A stretch of 64,000 nt of DNA from Narcine bancroftii (lineage: Eukaryota), in NCBI RefSeq assembly GCF_036971445.1, contig NC_091471.1:350052001-350116000 (forward strand), read 5' to 3'. Positions 40,675-53,150 of this stretch are shown piece by piece (position 1 is the first letter of the stretch; each line of letters opens with the position of its first letter). Position numbers and translations under genes: made by a program. The notes under the pieces were generated by a model that was not told where the DNA came from, made no database searches, and saw only the letters and a list, made by a program, of their open reading frames with translations.

Positions 40675-41441
40675 TGTTATGAATTTACAATTGCAACAGA
40701 GTATACAGAGGTGTTTGGGAGATAAATTGGGAAAGCTTTGTTAGAGCAAGTCACACACAAACACTTTGAAACAATTTTTGCAGGAGCTTTTGTAAGAGAT
40801 TCATGATGGACTATTGTTTGCAAAAGGCCAACATATGTAACAACAGGCAGCTTTCTCTGGAAAACAGAACTTACTGTCTGGAAGCTCATGTGATCTTTGC
40901 AGGCAGAGAGAGGAGAAAAAAAATACAGGCTTTGGTCTCAGAGAGGAGGGAGTGAGAGAGAGGACAGAGGCACAGACATCAGTTCCAGAGGGACAAGTTA
41001 GCAAGCTTTGGAAGACTGCCTGGTCAAAGGAGAGGACTGGCTGTCTGGTGTTTCCCTTGGAATAGGAGACTCTGTGGTGGATGTCCTGGAACAATATCTC
41101 TCTCTCTGAAAACCAACAAGAACCCTTCTGAGTGGTAACCATTTACCTGTTAAGCACCAAAGCCTGGTGAACTTTGTTAATGTTAACTTCTGTGCACAGT
41201 ACAAGAATTGCCTGCAACCAGTGAGATTGGACTGGGAACCAAAGAACTTTGCTGAACTTGCACACACATTACACAAACGTGTACTTAGCATTAGAAGGGG
41301 GTTAAGTGAGTCAATAGAAATAAGTTAAAGTTTGATTCTATTTTCATGTTCAAAGATAATTAAAAGCAATTTTTGTTTAAGTTATCCTTTGTCGTGCATG
41401 TCTATTGCTGCTGGGTTTTGGGGTCCTTTGGACTCGTAACA
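40675..41441. mobile_element. Putative solo LTR
   Basis: Inverted termini TGTTATGA...TCGTAACA, about 770 bp, no ORF; no TSD recognised. Confidence 0.5.
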
Positions 41442-42309
41442 CAATTCATTTTGAAAGATTTGTTGTTCATATCTGTGATACTGTTTTTGATGAATTGTTA
41501 TACTTCAATACAATTGTTTCATCCTCTTGCAATGAACGAGAAGTAAGTTCAGAGACACCAATACTTCAGAATGTTGAGGAGCTGAAGGAGAAACAGTGAT
41601 AGTGAGGAAACATAAGATTTGAAATGAAAGATGAAATATTTGAATTTGGGACATCTTGATAAAGAAATCTTGAATTACTACACGATAAAACAATGAGTAC
41701 AGGATGATAATACTGGTAATAATTATGATAATAGATGAACTTACAAATTGGAAGATTGCCCACTGTAACATCCCCAATATTGCCTACTTCAGCACCTGCC
41801 ATCAGGTATCACATTGCAGGCAAATTGCAAAGCAATGCAAAGGCATAATGTGAACCAGAGACAGGAATGCTCAAAATGTGCACTGGCATCTGTGCAGATG
41901 GAGCTGACTTACTTGCTAAGTATTTATAAAATTTCAAAAATTTATTGAAAAAATTATCAGAATGCAGTAATGGAGATTGTTTTTCAAACAGTCCAAACTG
42001 GACATCTCATGTCTAATATCTTCCCATGAGGCTCGAGGTCAGGCATTGTTTGTCCCTTTACAGCATTCTTGGACATTTCTTAGAACAGGATCTTTGGCCC
42101 AACTTGTTCATCCCAAGATGTAGTCCTATTCACCTGCATTTGGTCTATTCCTTTCTAAACCCTTCCTATCCACACAAGTGTCCAAATGACTTTGGAATGA
42201 CAAAATTAGGCACCCTTCTATGCTTCCTCTGGCACCTTGTTCCAGATTCAAATCACCCTCTGGGTGAAAAAGTTGCCCCTCAGGTACCACTTAAATGTTT
42301 TTTAACCAA

Positions 42310-44450
42310 AAAAAGTCAAAAATAAATTATTTACAAAAGAAAAACCATTCAAAATCTCTTTCCACCCTGAATTTCATATCTATACATTTTTATCACTGTA
42401 CATTGTTACCTTAATTTCTATTTACATTATTCCCACCAAAGTGACATCTTGTCACCTCTCTCCCTTCTATTGGTTAAGGAGCTTCCCCTCAGTCTCAGCC
42501 ACTCAATGTCCAGTAATCGGAGGACTCTAGACTGTGGTCTTTCCCCACAGCCCCTCCATGTTGGCTCCACCAAGCCTCAGGTGTCCCTCAGCACGTACTC
42601 CTGTATTCTGGAATGTGCCAGTTAGCAGCATCCCCTCACTAACATCTCTGTGTGCTGATAGACCAATGAGATTTGGGCAGACTAAAGTGTGTCTTTCTCC
42701 GGGTTGATGGTCTTCCAGCAGTGCTGGTTGCCTAACCCTGGAAACAGCCCATGGATCAATGAATCCTCTGTCATGCTGCTGCTGGGGATAAACCATGACA
42801 AGGACCTTTGCACCCTTCTCCACACATCTGCATTCAGCAAATAGGTGGGCAACTGTCTCTTCCCTACTGCAGTCACCTTGGGGACAACATGCATTGTGAG
42901 TGATTTTACAATGTACAGGAAGGATCTGACAACGAGGGCCCCTCTCACTGCCAGCCAGGCAAAGTCCTGGTTCTTGTTTGTGAACCCTGATGACAAGGCA
43001 TTCCTGGAAGGAAAGCTCAGAAAGTCACCCCATTGAGTCCTTGTCCCTCAGTTTCTGCAGGAAGTTCAGTGCTGACCCCTGCTTGATGGCCTTGTGGTCG
43101 AAGGCATTATTCTGGATAAACTTCTCTATGAAGGATAGGTGGTGTGGCTGGGACATTGTACAGCCCATCATTCACAACACCTGGAACAGGTAGAACCTTT
43201 GCACATAGCAGTACTTGGTGCCCTCGTATTTTGGTTCCATGCACTGCCTGATGCAGCCACACACGAAGATGGTCATCAGGATGAAGGTCATGTTGGGGAC
43301 ACCCTTGCCCCCGTTGTCTGGCGACTTGTACATGGTACCCCTTTGGACCCTTTCCATTTTGGACCCCCATGAACCTGAAGATTGCTCTGGTGACCACTAG
43401 GGTGGACTTTCGGGGGATGGGCCACATCTGCACCTTGTACAGCAGTCCCGAGAGCACCTGATGACCAGTTCTTCCCAGTTATTGCAAAGGAGCACCACAT
43501 CCACACACCCAATTTTTGGTGGACCTTTGTGATACGCTCCGACCAATTCTTCCTGCACATCTCAGGTCCTGTAAACCAGATCCCCAACACCTTCAGGCAG
43601 TCAGATCTGACTTTAAAGGGGATGGTGGACTGGTCAGACCCATTACCAACAGCATTGCCTCACTCTAGTTCCTGTTTATCCCAGCACCCTATGCCGACTC
43701 AAATTGGCCACAAATGCTGATCAATCTGTGCAATGATTGTATATCTAAACAGAACTGCAATGTCAGCCATGTATGGGGAGGCCTTGATCTGAGTGCCTCC
43801 ACTGCCTGGCAACATCACTCCTCTTATGCTCTCACCCTTCCTGATGTATTTGGCAAAAGGATCTATGCAGCACACAAATAGGGACTGGAGACAGCAGGCA
43901 TCCTTGCCTAACCAGACTTTATGGGGAAGCTATCTGTTTCCCACCCATTGATTTGGACTGCGTAGTGGATGTCCGTGTAGAGCAGTTTAATCCAACTCCA
44001 GATCCCCTCCCCAAAGCCCATTTTGGAGAGCTTATCCATCATTCATCATTTATGTGTACACTATCTGGCCGAAAGCCTTCTCCTGGTCTAAGTTGTCTGG
44101 GCAGGTATCCACTTCCCTGTCCTGCATGTAGGTTATGGTATCTCTGAGCAGCATGAGGCTGTCAGAGATTTTCTGCCCGGAAACGTGCAGATCTAGTCTG
44201 GATGGATCACCTGCTCCAGGGCAGAGTTGACCCAATTGGCGATGGCCTTGGACAAGATTTTGTAATATAACAATGATATGGGTGTCCAATTCCTGATATC
44301 CTCCTTCTCCCCCTCCTTCTTGAAGGTGAGGGTGATAATACCCTTCTTCATGGAGTGTGACATGCTTCCTGCCAGGAACATAGCATTGTGTACTTCCAGC
44401 AGATCCGGCCCAACCAGTTTCATAGAGGCGAGAACATAAGCCATCGATTC
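42310..44450 (-). mobile_element. Tx1-like (L1 clade) non-LTR retrotransposon, RT and C-terminal part, decayed
   Basis: GIITLTFKKEGEKEDIRNWTPISLL..KILSKAIAN, LDQEKAF, GGKGVPN and FAWLAVRGAL motifs, with frameshifts. Confidence 0.85.
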
Positions 44451-44850
44451 TAGGAGTTCGACTTGACACAATGGAATGGGTCCCTCTTAAATCTCTCTCC
44501 CCTCTCATCTTAAACCTATGCTTCTAGATCTAGAATAATCTACCTTCGAGAAAAGGAGGATAGATTTTTCTAAGGTAGATTGACTTGAGACAGGCTGAAG
44601 GGGTACCAGGTATTGGAACCTGGATGCGAGTGGGCTCCTAAGGTTTCCTGATTGTGTTGGAAGTTCGGATCTGTTACTGATCAATGGGTGGGAAACTCCA
44701 GTTGTCGATAGTTTGGACTCTGTGTGGCTGTGGGAGTGCTGGTCCAAGGACATTTGAGGCGATTCTCTTTTTCTGACTGTAAGAGGAAATTCAGGCACTT
44801 TTTGCCATGGCGTTTCTGTCTTAATTTTGTGTAATATTGTACTGTTTCTA

Positions 44851-45039
44851 TTCTTTCTTTGGCTTGGCTTCGCGGACGAAGATTTATGGAGTGGTAATGT
44901 CCATGTCAGCTGCAGGCTCGTTGGTGACTGACAAGTCCGACGTGGGACAGGCAGGCACGGTTGCAGCGGTTGCAAGGGAAAATTGGTTGGTTGGGGTTGG
45001 GTGTTGGGTTTTTCCTCCTTTGTCTTTTGTCAGTGAGGT
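44851..45039 (-). mobile_element. Short RTE 3' fragment
   Basis: Near-identical to the 3' end of the RTE at 48491-49643, including the GCCAAGCCAAAGAAAGA tail. Confidence 0.9.
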
Positions 45040-45119
45040 ACATAACAATAAATTGAATCTTGAATGATTCTAGATTTGTCCCTTATGATTTTATAAACCT
45101 GAAAGAGATGACTACTTAG

Positions 45120-45560
45120 CCGTCCATGTTCTGGGGAATTCTGCCGGCCCACGCAAAAGGGATCGAACAAAGGCATTTCACTCTGCATCGACTCGCCAAA
45201 AGGGAGAGCCACGCTTCTGCTCTGCCAAGTGGGTGCACGGCTGCCAGCAGGAGCGCTGATTGACAGCTCGCCCGGGCCCCGGAGCCGCGGTTGCCCCCGA
45301 CAACCGGAGCGGCACGCGGTGGTGAGGAGGCGCGCAGACGTACGCTGTAGCATTCACTCGGATACATTTCGTTCGGAGAGCCGCTGCACTTGAGACACGG
45401 GCAAGATGACAGTGAAAAGCTTCAACCAGGGCCAGCAATTCCGGCCGCGAATGGCTTTCTTGCGGAAGGTAAGAGCGACAAATAATGTCAGCAACTAATA
45501 AACGTCAAACCTGGCCGTTTAATATTAGAGATCGCCCGGTTCGAATTAAGGCACGGGTTG
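45120..45560 (+). promoter_or_regulatory. RGS9: RGS9 CpG island / promoter and 5'UTR
   Basis: CpG-rich stretch around the first coding exon; PBX-MEIS/PREP decamer TGATTGACAG at 45257-45266. Confidence 0.75.
45406..45468 (+). CDS. RGS9: RGS9 (regulator of G-protein signaling 9) exon 1 coding part
   Basis: MTVKSFNQGQQFRPRMAFLRK|gtaaga, compared with the recalled mammalian RGS9 start MTIRHQGQQYRPRMAFLQK; good Kozak context aagATGa. Confidence 0.93.
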
Positions 45561-48059
45561 CGAAAGCAAAAATTGGCCATTTCTCTTGAAGTGAACAAAG
45601 AATAAAATATGTTTTGTGTTGCAAATGCCCCCACACACATATAATTCTTAATCAAGATTATGTTTGTTTTTGCTGTTTATTTGTGTAACAAATTAGTTTT
45701 AATATCGAAAATAGGTAACTGGAAAAACGTATCATTTCCACCCAGCCGGGTTATTTATGACAAATGGGAATATCCAGAAGCCTGGGGTTTGGACTTAATT
45801 TGTTGTCTGTGAATTTTGAAAGGAGGATATTTTGTTAACGATTTGCAATCATGCATTTCTCCCCCCCCCCCCCCCCCCCCGCGTTCTGTAGACATTTCGC
45901 TCCCCAACACACCAGTCTAATGGGAGGAAATTAAAATAATCCGAAGATCCGCCTCAGCGACAATAAATGGTGGGGCAACGGGCAGAGAGGGGGGCGACCT
46001 CCTGTCAACACCTTATCCCGTCCTGAGATTTAACTGTATTGAAAGTGACAGGATAGTCTAATCCTCGCCGTGCACCATCAAAGCCATGGATGTCAGCGCC
46101 TGAACAGATAACAGGCAAATTTCACTAATAATTAAAGATTTGTTTTTGTTTTTACAGGCGAGAGATTTGTTTTTTTTTTAAAAGTAACATTTCAGACCTG
46201 TAGGACCCTATTCCTGACCTGTTTGCAGGTCGATATTTTTGAAGTTTTCGCTTTTTTTTTTGGAGGGGGGGGGTGGCGGGCGAGGGAAATAATATCCCCA
46301 TTACCGATTAGTTTTATCGCCGAATGAAAGTATATCCCACCCTCGTCCAGGTAAGAACGCAGTCTGACCATTGGTTATGTTCCAGAGTGTTGTCTCATTA
46401 GCTGTCCAAACCTCCTGATCATCTCTGCCATCGTGGGCACTTGAGTTCCTTGCAGTCTTGAGCCCATTGCCCTCACACCACTCAGCCGTTCTCCTATTTA
46501 GAACGAGCTTCCGCAGATCGGTCGCCGGGGTAATAAAGCCATTGTAAATGGAAACTCTTTAGAAATGATTGATTGAGGGGAGAGTCAGGTTTGCTGCAGT
46601 CTTGGGTTAAAACTCATAAAACTAGAGAATATTACAACACAGAAAACGGTCCCTTCGGCCCTTCTAGTCTGTGCCGAACGATTTTTCTGCCCAGTCCCAC
46701 TGACCTGCACTCAGTCCATAGTCCTTCAGACTCCTCCCATCCATGTACAGCCATTGCTTGTTATTGAAGACACACGAGACTACAGATGCTGCAATCTGGA
46801 GCAAAAAAATCCCAAAAACGAACTGTTGGAGGAAACTGCATCCAGCAGCATCAATGGAGGCAGAGGAAGGGTGGGGGCTTCCAGGCCAAGCCCTGCCTCA
46901 GGTCTGTGTAGAGGGGTAAGATGATGTTGGTAGGTGATGGGTGGAACCAGAGGAAGGAAGGATGATGGGCAGATAGAACCAGGTTTGGGGGGGGGGGGTG
47001 CAGGGGAGGTGTGGGGAAATGAGGAGAGGGCTCCTGGGTAGAACAGTGTGGGTGTGAAAGGTAAGGATTATCTGACATTGGAAAATTCAGTTCCTGCTAT
47101 TTGGGCTGGAGACTATCAGACAGAATATCTGATAGTCACCCTCTGAAGTCTCTTGCCGTCTTGGATGGAGCATTTCCCGTCCCACGCAGTGACTCACCCT
47201 GCCAGGATGCTTTCGGAGTATCAGAGCCAGCGCCACCACGCTGATGGACAACTTCTTCCCACAGGAAGTGAGAATGTTGAATGACCAAAGGAACTGATCA
47301 CACTAACCATCCAAGACTCTTATATTCATGAAACAATATTTATTTATCTATTTGTATATATAAATCCTTAACCTGCATATGTATTATTTGTCGCTATGTG
47401 TGTTATGTCTGGTTGTGTGTCTGTGCATTTTGCACCGAGGACCGGAGAACAATTGTTTCGTCAGGTTGTACTTGTACAATCAGATGACAATAAACTTCAC
47501 TGGTGCATCAGTAAAGGTTGTTAAGGGATGCAAATGAAGTGCCAAATTTCCTCAGGCTTTAGGGGAAGTGAAGGTACTGGCGCACTTTCTTGGCCATTGA
47601 TGTTGGTGGGACTAGGACAAGTGACTTGAGGTGTTTACCCCCGGAAACATAGAACTGTTGACTCTCTCCACCTCACACAGTGGATGAGGATGAGGGAAGT
47701 GCACTCCACCCCTCCTCTGGAAGTCTATGATCAGTTTCCTGGTCTTGCTGACATTGAAGGAGAGGTTGTTGTCCTGGCACCAAGCCACCTGTCCCTCTAT
47801 CTCTCTTCTGTGCTCTGGTTTATCGTTGTTTGAGATATGACCTACGACAGTGGTGTTATTTATCCATGGAGCTGGAGGGGCAGTTACATTGCATCAGAGG
47901 TGAAGGTCTGGTGTGGTAAATGGATGCCAATCAAATAGCCACTTTGTCCGCCCGTCGGACTGCATCTAAAATCCATGTTTGCTGCTTCTAGTTACCTTTT
48001 CCATTAAAAATGTCATTTTTAACAAGAGGTTGCCAAATTGCCCCCACTGCATGTTAAAC

Positions 48060-48245
48060 ACAGAGCTCTGGAATAACCTTAGGATAAACACGAAAGTCTG
48101 CAGACACTGTAGATGCAGTAAAAACACAATGCTGGGGAAACTCAGCAGGTCACACAATGTCTTTATGTAGCAAAGATAAAGATACATAATGTTTCAGGCT
48201 TGACCCCTTCATCAAGGTACGAGCAAAATGTAGACAGGCTCCTGA
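48060..48245 (-). mobile_element. Penelope-derived short element with hammerhead-like motif
   Basis: Minus strand 48190-48217 reads CCTTGATGAAGGGGTCAAGCCTGAAACA. Confidence 0.7.
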
Positions 48246-48351
48246 TGCTTGCACAAACAGTTTGGAAATCTAGCATAGTATATTTCCTTATCCCAGGATT
48301 ATAGGTTTGTAAAATGCAGTTGGGTGTTGTGAAATATCAAGGATTTATGTA

Positions 48352-49731
48352 CAGGTAGTACTCAACTTACGACCTACGTTAGTTATGTCCACCGCACATA
48401 CGACCGAAAGTTAAAAAATATATATTGGGCACATGCTGAGATTCTTCATTAAAGGTTGCTTTGTTGAAATTTTTTGTGAACAATTGCTTTCTTCTTTCTT
48501 TCTTTGGCTTGGCTTCGCGGACGAAGATTTATGGAGGGGGTAAAAAGTCCACGTCAGCTGCAGGCTCGTTTGTGGCTGACAAGTCCGATGCGGGACAGGC
48601 AGACACGATTGCAGCGGTTGCAGGGGAAAATTGGTTGGTTGGGGTTGGGTGTTGGGTTTTTCCTCCTTTGCCTTTTGTCAGTGAGGTGGGCTCTGCGGTC
48701 TTCTTCAAAGGAGGTTGCTGCCCGCCAAACTGTGAGGCGCCAAGATGCACGGTTTGAGGCGTTATCAGCCCACTGGCGGTGGTCAATGTGGCAGGCACCA
48801 AGAGATTTCTTTAGGCAGTCCTTGTACCTTTTCTTTGGTGCACCTCTGTCACGGTGGCCAGTGGAGAGCTCGCCATATAACACGATCTTGGGAAGGCGAT
48901 GGTCCTCCATTCTGGAGACGTGACCCATCCAGCGCAGCTGGATCTTCAGCAGCGTGGACTCGATGCTGTCGACCTCTGCCATCTCGAGTACTTCGACGTT
49001 AGGGATGTAAGCGCTCCAATGGATGTTGAGGATGGAGCGGAGACAACGCTGGTGGAAGCGTTCTAGGAGCCGTAGGTGGTGCCGGTAGAGGACCCATGAT
49101 TCGGAGCCGAACAGGAGTGTGGGTATGACAACGGCTCTGTATACACTTATCTTTGTGAGGTTTTTCAGTTGGTTGTTTTTCCAGACTCTTTTGTGTAGTC
49201 TTCCAAAGGCGCTATTTGCCTTGGCGAGTCTGTTGTCTATCTCATTGTCGATCCTTGCATCTGATGAAATGGTGCAGCCGAGATAGGTAAACTGGTTGAC
49301 CGTTTTGAGTTTTGTGTGCCCGATGGAGATGTGGGGGGGCTGGTAATCATGGTGGGGAGCTGGCTGATGGAGGACCTCAGTTTTCTTCAGGCTGACTTCC
49401 AGGCCAAACATTTTGGCAGTTTCCGCAAAGCAGGACGTCAAGCGCTGAAGAGCTGGCTCTGAATGGGCAACTAAAGCGGCATCGTCTGCAAAGAGTAGTT
49501 CACGGACAAGTTTCTCTTGTGTCTTGGTGTGAGCTTGCAGGCGCCTCAGATTGAAGAGACTGCCATCCGTGCGGTACCGGATGTAAACAGCGTCTTCATT
49601 GTTGGGGTCTTTCATGGCTTGGTTCAGCATCATGCTGAAGAAGATTGCTTTAATACCTTGTTAAAACATACGAACCTGACATACGACCAATCCTCCGGTC
49701 CCAATTACAGTCGTAAGTTGAGGACTACCTG
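48352..49731. mobile_element. Tigger-like MITE split by an RTE insertion
   Basis: 22-bp TIRs CAGGTAGTACTCAACTTACGAC (48352-48373) and GTCGTAAGTTGAGGACTACCTG (49710-49731) with one mismatch; TA flanks. Confidence 0.9.
48491..49643 (-). mobile_element. RTE-clade LINE, 5'-truncated, uninterrupted RT C-terminal ORF
   Basis: 359-aa ORF with LLFADD, FTYLGCTIS, QLRWMGHV and a C2H2-like end; (AAAG)n tail; TSD ATTGCTTT at 48483-48490 and 49644-49651. Confidence 0.96.
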
Positions 49732-50464
49732 TAGATCTTTGAAAACTGTAATCAGGTAAAGTTCAATGTTATGAGCAGAGCAATGCGATGGCTGAGTGCC
49801 TGATGCCCCCACCACAGACTCTGTCCTAAGCCCCAGATACCCACCTATCTGAGCTCCCAATGCCCCAGATGTGGATTTACCACCCAGTCCCGACCATCCA
49901 AGCTCCCGATGCCCGAGTGTGGACTTACCAGCCATTCAAACTCCCAACGCCTTGAACGACGTAGGTACTTACTGCAGCATGACCTGAGTACAATTCGATT
50001 TCCCCCCCCTCCAAAATGTGACCTGAAAAATTGGTCCCAAAAACTCAATTATTATACGTATATATATATAGTAGTTTACACAAAAATGCTGGAGAAACTC
50101 AGCACATCATGTAGTATTCTTTATGATAAATTCACAGAGCACAACACTGAAAAATAATGGGATAATTATCTCAGTTCTTGCCATCAGTACACGTGCCTCC
50201 ATCACTTTGTTGTTGCTGTATACGAATTGCCTGACAATGATTATCTATTACATCAGGTGACCACACTTAAACAATATTACATTGGCTATAACGTGCTTCA
50301 AGAGATCACGAAAGGTGCAAAATAACTGCAAGGTCATCTTTCTTTTTATTGGAAATTGTTCAATGAAAGAACATTTATTTTTCCACAATTACCACTTTTT
50401 TTTTGATAATTAAAACGTACACTTTAAATTTCGAACGGGACCCTCCTGAAAAATGCCCAAATGC

Positions 50465-51190
50465 TGGTAAACAAAAATTCTGCAGATGCTATGCACTTGG
50501 GCAATACACCAAAGTGCTGGAGAAACTCGGCAGATCACGCAGTGTCCACGGGAAGTAAAAGGCAGTTGATTTGATGAGCCTGAGCCCTTTTTCAGGAATA
50601 TCAAAAATCAGGCGGGTGCCTGAATAGGAAGTTGGGGAGGGGGGTGGATGAGGAGGAGAAGGAGCACTGGTGATAGGTGGGAGAGCGAAGGAGGCAAGAG
50701 GTGATGGGGAAGTTGCAGGAAACTAAGGAGGGTCGCTCTCTGATAGGGGAAGGAAGGGGAAGGTGAGGGGAGCTGGAGGAATGGAGTCAGAAAGATGAGG
50801 GAAAGAGAGACCCGGAGAGGAGGTCAACAGACCTTGAAGGTTGATATTGATGCTGCACGGTTGAGGAATGCTGAGACGGAATAGAAGGTGTTGTCCTTCC
50901 AAATTGCGGGTGGCTTTGGTGCATGAGGCCATGTGTGGCAGAGGGGTGTGGAATTGAAATGGTTGGCCATTGAGAGGTCCTAGCTTTGGCAGCGGACAGA
51001 GTGAAGATGCTCAACAGAGCAATCTCCCAATCTGCGATCAGGCATCCAGATGTAGAGGAGACTACAAATGGAGCACCGGATGCAGCAGATGGCCCATGCA
51101 GATTCACAAGTAATATGTTGCTTCACTTGGACTGTTTGGGGCCCCGAATGGTGGTGAGGGAGGAAAAGAAAGTGCAATGGATGGATGTAT
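50465..51190 (-). mobile_element. Penelope-like element 3' part
   Basis: 'VKQHITCESAWAICCIRCSICSLLYI...VEHLHSVR' GIY-YIG remnant plus terminal repeat. Confidence 0.8.
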
Positions 51191-51221
51191 GAGCTTCCAA
51201 CATCAATGCGATAATATGTGT

Positions 51222-52072
51222 GCTCCATGACCACCAGCCCCCCCACATCTCTATCGGGCACACTGAACTCAAAACAGTCAACCAGTTTACCTACCTCGGC
51301 TGCACCATTTCATCTGATGCAAGGATTGACAAAGAGATAGACAACAGACTCGCCAAGGCAAATAGCGCCTTTGGAAGACTACACAAGAGAGTCTGGAAAA
51401 ACAACCACCTGAAGAAACACACAAAGATCAGCGTGTACAGAGCCATTGTCATACCCACGCTCCTGTTTGCCTCCGAATCATGGATCCTCTACCGGCATCA
51501 CCTACGGCTCCTAGAACGCTTCCGTCAGTGCTGTCTCCGCTCCATCTTCAACATTCATTGGAATGACTTCATCACCAACATCGAAGTACTTGAGCTGGCA
51601 GAGTCCGCAAGCATCGAATCCATGCAGTTGAAGACCCAACTGCACTGGGTGGGTCACGTCTCCAGAATGGAGGACCATCGCCTTCCCAAGATCGTGTTAT
51701 ATGGCGAGCTCTCCACTGGCCATCGAGACAGAGGTGCTCCAAATAAGAGGTACAAGGACTGCTTAAAGAAATCTCTTGGTGCCTGCCACATTGACCACCG
51801 CCAGTGGGCTGATATCGCCTCCAACTGTGCATCTTGGGGCCTCAGTTCGGCTGGCAGCAACCTCCTTTGAAGAAGACCGCAGAGCCCACCTTACTGACAA
51901 AAGACAAAGGAGGAAAAACCCAACCCCAACCAACCAATTTTCCCTTGCAACCGCTGCAACCGTGCCTGCCTGTCCCACATCGGACTTGTCAGTCACCAAT
52001 GAGCCTGCAGCAGACGTGGACATACCCCTCCATAAATCTTCGTCCGTGAAGCCAAGCCAAAGAAGAGAAAGA
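51222..52072 (+). mobile_element. RTE-clade LINE 3' fragment
   Basis: Close homolog of the 48491-49643 copy in the opposite orientation; frameshift near 51840; same tail. Confidence 0.95.
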
Positions 52073-52654
52073 ATAGTCCTGCTGGAATAAACCAGCTCAC
52101 TAACAATTTAGAGAAGGAAAAGGGGATAATAAAACAACCAGGCTCCCTTTCATCAAATTATTGGCTGTGTTAAAGCCAAGGGCACATTAATAGGTGGAGG
52201 TGAATGTTAAATATGTGAATGTTCAGAGATTGTAGCGACCTGCCTCTCACCGATACCCAGAAAGGAAACGAGTTTATTTTTAACAACGGATTTAGTGCTA
52301 CACATTCCCATCTTCCTCCTAACACTGGAAATTTCCAAGCCATTAGTTTTATGGAAGTACAGCATTTTGCAAAGCCTATCAAAGTTGTTCGATTTGCCGT
52401 CTCCCTGAGGCAGATTTGCAAATTTATGGAACTTATCTAGGTCAAAGAGAGAATTATTTTTTCAGAAAGGTGTGAAACATTCGTATCAATACTCCCACAC
52501 TCAGACAGTGTGTGCTGGCAATTGTCTGACTATTAATACCTCCTTCTCATTTCTTCGGAACTCTCTCTCACCGTGGAGCTGCTTAACCTTTGTCCTCTTC
52601 AAACCAGTTTAAAATTAGTTAGATTTATAACGATAATGGTCCCAACCCGAAACT

Positions 52655-53150
52655 TTGAACCATACAGCACAGAAACAGGCCCTTTGGCCCATCTAGTCTG
52701 TATTCCGCCTTGTCCCATTAAACTGTACCTGAACCATTGTCCTCCATTCTCCTCCGATCTGTGTACCTGTCCAAATATCAACATCGAGCTTGCATTCACT
52801 ACTTCAGCTGGCAGCTCACTCCACACTCCCACCACTCTGTGTGAAGAAATGTTCTGTTTAAACATCTCACCTTTCACCCTTAACCTATGCCCTCTAGTTC
52901 TTGTCTCATATGACCTCAGTGGAAAAAGCCTGCTTGCATATTTACTCTATCTACGTATACACTCATAATTTTGCATACCTTGATCAAATCTCCCCTCATT
53001 CTCTGCCGCTCCAGGGCATAAAGTCATAACCTGTTTAATGTTTCCCTGTAACTCAGTTTCTCAAGTCCCAGCAAAAGTCCTTCTCTGCCCTCTTTCAGTC
53101 ATATTGATATCCTTCCTGTAGGTTGGTGAACAAAACAATCACAATGCTCC
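52655..53150 (-). mobile_element. CR1 3' fragment
   Basis: 'HRVVGVWSELPAEVVNA' and tail 'gggccaaagggcctgtttctgtgctgtatgg'. Other CR1 pieces lie at about 46620-46750, 56095-56625, 56825-57060 and 62135-62480. Confidence 0.8.
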
